Of a stretch of DNA of 64,000 nucleotides, positions 58,486-64,000 are shown piece after piece. A program made the position numbers and the translations under genes. The notes under the pieces are model-generated. The model searched no databases. It worked only from the letters and a program-made list of their open reading frames with translations, and was not told the DNA's origin. Positions within the stretch are counted from its first letter, which is position 1, and every line of letters begins with the position of its first letter. Origin of the DNA: Candidatus Parachristensenella avicola (GTDB lineage Bacteria; Bacillota; Clostridia; Christensenellales; UMGS416); assembly GCA_904420205.1 (NCBI GenBank), contig CAJFUN010000023.1:129409-193408 (forward strand). Direction: 5' to 3'.

Positions 58486-59595
58486 ATGCAAAAGATTAAA
58501 GTAGGCGTCATTGGCTGCGGCAACATCAGCGGCATCTATTTTAAAAACCTGACCGAGGTTTTTAGCGCCGTTATGGAGGTAAAGGCTGTCTGCGATCTGA
58601 TTCCAGAGCGCGCGGCCTATGCGCACGAGACTTATGGGTTCAACGTCGTTCCCCGGGACGAGGATATTTTCCAGGATCCGGAGATTGAGCTCGTGCTCAA
58701 TATCACCCGCCCCTGGGAGCATTACGATATTAATAAGCGGGCGCTGCTGGCCGGGAAAAACGTATATTGTGAGAAGCCCCTTGGAATTACCCGGGAGGAG
58801 GGGCGCGAGATCCTGGAACTGGCGCGGGAAAAGGGCCTCCTGGCGGGAGGCGCTCCGGATACCTATCTGGGTAGCGGCCTACAGACCTGCCGGAAGCTTA
58901 TCGATGACGGCTGGATCGGCACGCCGGTATCGGCGACGGCCTTTATGATGAACCATGGCCACGAATCTTGGCACCCGGGTCCGGAGTTTTATTACCAAAG
59001 GGGCGGCGGCCCAATGCTGGATATGGGCCCCTATTATTTGACCGCGCTGGTCAGCCTAATGGGTCCGGTGGAATCGGTTATGGGCTCTACCTGCATTACG
59101 TATCCAACCCGCACCATCACAAGCCAACCGCAATATGGCAAGGTGATCGACGTGGAAGTGCCCACCTATGTGTCAGGCCTTTTAAACTTCCAGAGCGGAG
59201 CCAAGGGCACGATCATTACCACCTTTGACGTGTGGAGCGCGGAACTGCCCTTTATTGAGATTTACGGCAGCGAAGGAACGCTTTCGGTGCCGGATCCCAA
59301 TACCTTTGGCGGGCCGGTGCGCTACCGCCGCCATGACAGTGAATCCTTTACCGAGATTCCCCTGATCTTTGGATACCGGGAGAATAGCCGAGGGCTTGGA
59401 TTGGCGGATATGGCGATGGCCATTCGTAACCAACGCAAACCCCGAAACGGCGTTAGCCTGACCTATCATATCTTGGATATCATGTGCGCTATCCATGAAT
59501 CCAGCGATCAGGGGCAGCGCATCCGGCTGACCAGCACCTGCGACCGCCCGGCGCTGCTATCGATGAATTTGCTTCCGGGTCAGGTGAATCCATAA
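58486..59595 (+). CDS. Gfo/Idh/MocA-family oxidoreductase
   Basis: [35 protein letters not shown]. Confidence 0.93.
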   Translation: MQKIKVGVIGCGNISGIYFKNLTEVFSAVMEVKAVCDLIPERAAYAHETYGFNVVPRDEDIFQDPEIELVLNITRPWEHYDINKRALLAGKNVYCEKPLGITREEGREILELAREKGLLAGGAPDTYLGSGLQTCRKLIDDGWIGTPVSATAFMMNHGHESWHPGPEFYYQRGGGPMLDMGPYYLTALVSLMGPVESVMGSTCITYPTRTITSQPQYGKVIDVEVPTYVSGLLNFQSGAKGTIITTFDVWSAELPFIEIYGSEGTLSVPDPNTFGGPVRYRRHDSESFTEIPLIFGYRENSRGLGLADMAMAIRNQRKPRNGVSLTYHILDIMCAIHESSDQGQRIRLTSTCDRPALLSMNLLPGQVNP

Positions 59596-59806
59596 ATACA
59601 AACTAAGCGGTTTTGAGGCCCGGCGGATCACCCCGCCGGGCCTCTTGCTGCAGATTCTTTCGTTTGTGTGCAAATATACAAAAATTTCTGCATGATTTTC
59701 ATCCCGTCGGAAAGGATAAGCGCGTAGTATAGTAAAGGCATTGACGTTGAGCGGCGCTTGGGGTATAGTAACGAAAAGTCGAAATCAGTCGATGGAGGTT
59801 TGAGAT

Positions 59807-60886
59807 ATGCAGAAACAATGGAAGGTTGGCGTGATCGGGTGCACCGGCATGGTGGGGCAGCGATTTATTACGCTTTTAGCAAATCATCCCTGGTTTACCA
59901 TTACGGCGCTGGCCGCCAGTGCCCGTTCGGCCGGCATGCCTTACAGCCAGGCGGTGGAGGGGCGCTGGGCGATGAAAGTCCCCATGCCCGATCGCGTAAA
60001 GGATATGCAGGTACTGGATGCTTCTCAAGTGGAGCAGATTGCGCCGCTGGTAGACTTTGTATTCTGTGCGGTGAATATGGATAAGGCTGCTATCCGGGCG
60101 ATGGAAGAAGCATACGCCCGGGCAGAGGTACCCGTCGTCAGTAACAATTCAGCCTGCCGTGGGCTAAACGATGTGCCTATGGTGATCCCGGAGCTCAACC
60201 CGGAGCACCTGCGGGTGATCGAAACGCAGCGCATGCGGCTGGGCACACGACGCGGCTTTATTGCGGTCAAGCCAAACTGTTCGATTCAGAGCTATGTGCC
60301 AGCCCTGCACCCGCTGCGCGAATTCGGCGTAAAAAAGGTGCTAGCCTGTACCTATCAGGCCATATCCGGCGCCGGGAAGACCTTTGAAACTTGGCCGGAA
60401 ATGGTGGACAATGTGATCCCCTTCATCGGCGGCGAGGAACAAAAAAGCGAGCAAGAGCCGCTGAAGATTTGGGGCACGCTGAAGGACGGCGTAATCGTTA
60501 ACGATACGACCACGGATATTACCACCCAGTGCTTGCGCGTGCCGGTGGCCGACGGGCATATGGCGGCTGTATTTGTCAGCTTTGAGCGCAAGCCTACCAT
60601 GGAGCAGATGATTGAACGTTGGCGCAGCTTTGTCGGCCGCCCGCAGACGCTGGGGTTGCCCAGCGCGCCCCATCCATTCCTGTATTATTTCCAGGAAGAT
60701 AACCGCCCCCAGACGCGCCTGGATCGGGATGCTGGCCGGGGAATGGCGATTTCGATCGGCCGCTTGCGCCCGGATACTCAGTATGACTATAAGTTCGTTT
60801 GCCTGTCCCACAATACGCTGCGCGGCGCGGCCGGCGGCGCGGTGCTGATTGCCGAACTGCTTTGCGCGGAAGGGTATATGGGATAA
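59807..60886 (+). CDS. asd: Aspartate-semialdehyde dehydrogenase
   Basis: WKVGVIGCTGMVGQRFITLLANHPWF, VVSNNSACRGLNDVPMVIPELNPEHL, VKPNCSIQSYVPALHPL, TYQAISGAG. Confidence 0.93.
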   Translation: MQKQWKVGVIGCTGMVGQRFITLLANHPWFTITALAASARSAGMPYSQAVEGRWAMKVPMPDRVKDMQVLDASQVEQIAPLVDFVFCAVNMDKAAIRAMEEAYARAEVPVVSNNSACRGLNDVPMVIPELNPEHLRVIETQRMRLGTRRGFIAVKPNCSIQSYVPALHPLREFGVKKVLACTYQAISGAGKTFETWPEMVDNVIPFIGGEEQKSEQEPLKIWGTLKDGVIVNDTTTDITTQCLRVPVADGHMAAVFVSFERKPTMEQMIERWRSFVGRPQTLGLPSAPHPFLYYFQEDNRPQTRLDRDAGRGMAISIGRLRPDTQYDYKFVCLSHNTLRGAAGGAVLIAELLCAEGYMG

Positions 60887-60936
60887 AAAAGGTTTCTCCT
60901 GCTCAAAATTAGAGCGGGCGGCGATATGGAACGTTT

Positions 60937-60972
60937 AGAGCATTGCAGCATGATGCTGCAGTGCTCTTTTTC
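60937..60972 (+). terminator. Intrinsic terminator
   Basis: AGAGCATTGCAGCA-tga-TGCTGCAGTGCTCT followed by TTTTT. Confidence 0.9.
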
Positions 60973-61099
60973 TATCGCGCGTATGCGTTGAGAACGGGTT
61001 AATCTATTTTGCGAAGGGAGAATAAAGCAGAATTATGCATACAAAAAGCATAATGCGCGTGGTAAAATCACGAAAAAACAGCAAGAAAGAGCCTGTAAA

Positions 61100-61324
61100 A
61101 TGGAAAATTCATCCATTGGAAAAGAATTTGTTTTGGATCAAGTCATGACAACGGCTATCCAGATACCGGGGGTAAAAGTAGATCGAAAAGCGTTCCTGGC
61201 GGAATCCTTTGCATCAGACAGTGAAAATTTGGAGGAAATTCTAGCGGTAGGGTCTGTTGAAGCCGGCGTAATTCAAAAAGAGGAGTTCGAGGAAAAGAAG
61301 CGTGACCTGTTAACCCGGATTTGA
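61100..61324 (+). CDS. Small hypothetical protein (74 aa), possibly an N-terminal remnant of a larger protein
   Basis: MENSSIGKEFVLDQVMTTAIQIPGVKVDRKAFLAESF...; followed by a hairpin AGCGG..CCGCT-T tract near 61365-61386. Confidence 0.5.
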   Translation: MENSSIGKEFVLDQVMTTAIQIPGVKVDRKAFLAESFASDSENLEEILAVGSVEAGVIQKEEFEEKKRDLLTRI

Positions 61325-61476
61325 CAGCGCGCGAACCGGCCCAAGCGGATCCAAACGAAGAGAGCGGCTGCAGGCCGCTTTTTTTGATTTCAAAGTAGCG
61401 GGCAAATATATCTATGGAAAGTGGAAACCAAAAACCATACAATAAGAAAAAGCCTGAAAGAAGTGGAGGATCGATC

Positions 61477-63618
61477 ATGGCCGTCGAATTTTATTCTGCA
61501 TTTGCCGGATCTAGGCCCATACGGCTGCGGGAGGCAACCCGCGTCCTGGCTGATCAGTCGATACGGGGACAATATGGGCGAGCGCTTGACGAATACGAAC
61601 CTTTGGACGCAGATATGATTCCCGGATTTGGAGCGATGAACGACCGCCAGCGTTATGATGCCATGATTCGGTTGATTGCCCAACGGGCGCCGCTAAGGAT
61701 GATGGAGGGCGAGCTGCTTGTCGGCAGCGCAACGCTGAAGGGCGCAATTGATCACATCGTGCCAGTATATCGGGCGGGAGAACCGGTAATGAGCAGCGTT
61801 AGCCATCTGACCTGCGGATTCGACCGGCTGCTGCGGGAAGGGCTGGATGCATACGAAACCCGTATCCATCATCGCCTTGAGACAGCGGATGAGCGGCAGC
61901 GTCCGGTGCTGGAATCTTTTTTGAACGTGTGCGCATGCATCCGCGTTTGGCACGGCCGCTATATGGAGCTGCTGCGGACGCGCTTGGCGCAAGCGGGAGA
62001 CGAAGCGGAACGGGATTATTATCGCGAGCGCATTGCGGTTCTTGAACCGGTACCCTTTGCGCCGCCAAAGAATTTCCGCCAAGGACTGCAGGCGCTGTGG
62101 TTTGCGTTCGCCTTTGTGCGGCTGTGCGGCAATTGGCCTGGGATTGGCCGGATCGACGCCATGCTGGGGCCGCTGCTTGAAAGGGATTTGCGCCTTGGCG
62201 TGATTACCTTGGATGAGGCCCGGGAATGGATGGCGCACTTCTTCATCAAAGGGTGCGAATGGGTGCGGGTAGATACCCAGAACCGTGGCAGCGGCGACGG
62301 TCAGCATTATCAGAACCTGGTACTGGCCGGACTGGACGCGGAAGGCCGGGAAACGGCTAACGAGGTCACCCGATTGGTATTAGAGGTGGTGGAAGAGCTG
62401 CCTATCGGAGATTTTCCGATCGCCGTAAAGCTGCGGGAGGATTCGCCTCCATGGTTGATGGAGCTGGCTTGCCGTGTAATGCGCCATGGCAGCGGCGTAG
62501 TGGCGGTATATAATGAAAATCTGGTGGTGCAGGCGCTGGAAGAGTTTGGATATAGCCGCCAGGAAGCCAGCGGTTTTGCCAACGACGGGTGTTGGGAGGT
62601 GCAGATGGCCGGGCAGACGTACTTCGCCTACCAACCCATGGACGCCTACGGCCCTTTTCAGCGGGATGTGTTAGGCATACCCGATGGCGGATATGACTAT
62701 GATTGCTTTGAGGCGCTATATGAGCGGACGCTTTCGGTGCTGTATAGCCAGGTGGATGATTGGCAGCGCCAGGCAGACGATTTCATCCAGCCGGACCGGC
62801 CGGCGTCGGTAGTGGGCCTTTTGACCGATGACTGTATTGACCGGGGAAAGGATTACTTTTCCGGTGGCACCCGCTATAATGTATTCTCGCCGCATATGGG
62901 CGGATTCCCTGATATTGTGAACAGCCTATATGCCATCCGAAAGCTTGTTTTTGAGGAAAAACGGCTGAGCTTTTGCGAACTGATGGACGTCATAAAGGCG
63001 GATTGGGCCGATCAAGAGCTGTTAAGGCAATATGCGCTGCATCGGTATTCATACTTTGGCAATGATAACGACGAGGTGGATGCACTGGCTGCAGACCTTA
63101 CGCGCCGATATATCGACCGGGTTCGTTTGGTTAAGGAGCGCTGTGGCGTATTGCGCCCTGCCGGGATCAGCACCTTTGGGCGGCAGATTGAATGGGCGCC
63201 GGGCAGAGCGGCCACAGCCTTCGGTCAGAAAAAGGGTGCGATTCTTTCCGGCAATCTGAACCCGACGCCGGGGACGGATGTAAACGGCGCCACCGCCATC
63301 ATCCGCTCCCACTGTAAAGCGGACTTGCGGCGGCTGACTTGTGGGACCGCACTGGATATCAAGCTGGATACTTCGGCGCTTAAGGGAGAGGCGGGCGTGC
63401 CGGCCCTGCAGGCGCTGATCCTGGGCTTTATCCGGCTGGGGGGATTTTTTATGCAGATCGATGTGATGGATAACGAGGTGCTGAAGCGGGCGCAGGCGCA
63501 CCCGGAGGAATATCAGACCTTGGCTGTGCGTATCTCAGGATGGTCGGCGCGATTTGTCACCCTGGATGAAGCATGGCAGAGAATGATCATCGAGCGCAGC
63601 GCTCAGCGGGGGATTTAA
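61477..63618 (+). CDS. Glycyl radical enzyme (pyruvate formate-lyase-like), substrate unknown
   Basis: ASGFANDGCWEVQMAGQ (active-site Cys context), C-terminal glycyl loop LAVRISGWSARFVTLD; followed immediately by an activase gene. Confidence 0.88.
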   Translation: MAVEFYSAFAGSRPIRLREATRVLADQSIRGQYGRALDEYEPLDADMIPGFGAMNDRQRYDAMIRLIAQRAPLRMMEGELLVGSATLKGAIDHIVPVYRAGEPVMSSVSHLTCGFDRLLREGLDAYETRIHHRLETADERQRPVLESFLNVCACIRVWHGRYMELLRTRLAQAGDEAERDYYRERIAVLEPVPFAPPKNFRQGLQALWFAFAFVRLCGNWPGIGRIDAMLGPLLERDLRLGVITLDEAREWMAHFFIKGCEWVRVDTQNRGSGDGQHYQNLVLAGLDAEGRETANEVTRLVLEVVEELPIGDFPIAVKLREDSPPWLMELACRVMRHGSGVVAVYNENLVVQALEEFGYSRQEASGFANDGCWEVQMAGQTYFAYQPMDAYGPFQRDVLGIPDGGYDYDCFEALYERTLSVLYSQVDDWQRQADDFIQPDRPASVVGLLTDDCIDRGKDYFSGGTRYNVFSPHMGGFPDIVNSLYAIRKLVFEEKRLSFCELMDVIKADWADQELLRQYALHRYSYFGNDNDEVDALAADLTRRYIDRVRLVKERCGVLRPAGISTFGRQIEWAPGRAATAFGQKKGAILSGNLNPTPGTDVNGATAIIRSHCKADLRRLTCGTALDIKLDTSALKGEAGVPALQALILGFIRLGGFFMQIDVMDNEVLKRAQAHPEEYQTLAVRISGWSARFVTLDEAWQRMIIERSAQRGI

Positions 63619-63619
63619 G

Positions 63620-64000
63620 ATGAAGGGGATTGTTGCGGACATCCAGCGTTTTTCTGTTCACGATGGACCGGGTGTGCGCACTACTATTTTCCTGAAGGGA
63701 TGCCCGCTTCGGTGCCGTTGGTGCCATAACCCGGAAACGCAGCTGCCGAAACCGCAGATACAATTGACGCACATGCGCTGCCTGGGCTGCGGCGCCTGTG
63801 TGGCAGCCTGCCCGAACGGGGCCCATCAGCTTAGGGCGGAGGGACACCGATATGAATCGGATCGGTGCACACACTGCTTAGCCTGCGCGCAAGCCTGCAT
63901 GCCGGGGGCTATTGAGATATGCGGCCGCCTTTGGGAAACAGAGGAGGTGCTGCAGATGGCGCTGCGGGATCGCGCCTTCTATGGCTCGTCAGGCGGGATG
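63620..64000 (+). CDS. Glycyl-radical enzyme activating protein (radical SAM), partial
   Basis: IQRFSVHDGPGVRTTIFLKGCPLRCRWCHNPE (CxxxCxxC) plus ferredoxin-like insert CLGCGACVAACP...CTHCLACAQACMPGAIEI; open at the window edge. Confidence 0.93.
   Translation, partial: MKGIVADIQRFSVHDGPGVRTTIFLKGCPLRCRWCHNPETQLPKPQIQLTHMRCLGCGACVAACPNGAHQLRAEGHRYESDRCTHCLACAQACMPGAIEICGRLWETEEVLQMALRDRAFYGSSGGM

Noticed and set aside
59615-59644. GAGGCCCGGCGG...CCGCCGGGCCTC hairpin as riboswitch element before asd
   Set aside because: Perfect 12-bp stem but placed just after the upstream gene and without a T tract or riboswitch-like core; more likely an imperfect terminator. No lysine riboswitch features recognised before asd.

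Overview
The window is a gene-dense, moderately high-GC chromosomal segment of an endospore-forming Clostridia-like Firmicute; this placement is inferred from spo0A, a SPOCS/DUF3794-LysM protein and tandem 0A-boxes. I see no convincing mobile element, CRISPR array, rRNA or tRNA. Main contents in order: GerMN lipoproteins with an OmpR-type two-component system; two D,D-carboxypeptidases; a sugar-metabolism block with a very large multidomain surface protein; a heterodimeric ABC exporter with GHKL/LytTR two-component genes; an AraC-BtrH-like fusion next to an AAC(3)-type acetyltransferase; rho; NfeD/FloA; threonine dehydratase/RidA; a SAM methyltransferase/P-loop kinase pair; tyrS; a penicillin-binding protein; a G5/3D-domain protein; rsmA; a Gld-type ABC operon; spo0A; asd; and a glycyl radical enzyme with its activase. 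The strongest unannotated signals are two leader-peptide-type transcription attenuators readable base by base. One precedes the methyltransferase/kinase pair: a 3-codon uORF 'MIG' whose stop codon lies in a 9-bp stem, a perfect 11-bp antiterminator and an 11-bp intrinsic terminator. The other precedes tyrS: a 30-aa leader peptide with tandem Tyr codons inside a 10-bp hairpin, an antiterminator and a 12-bp terminator. A 31-bp near-perfect palindrome also overlaps the -10 of rsmA.
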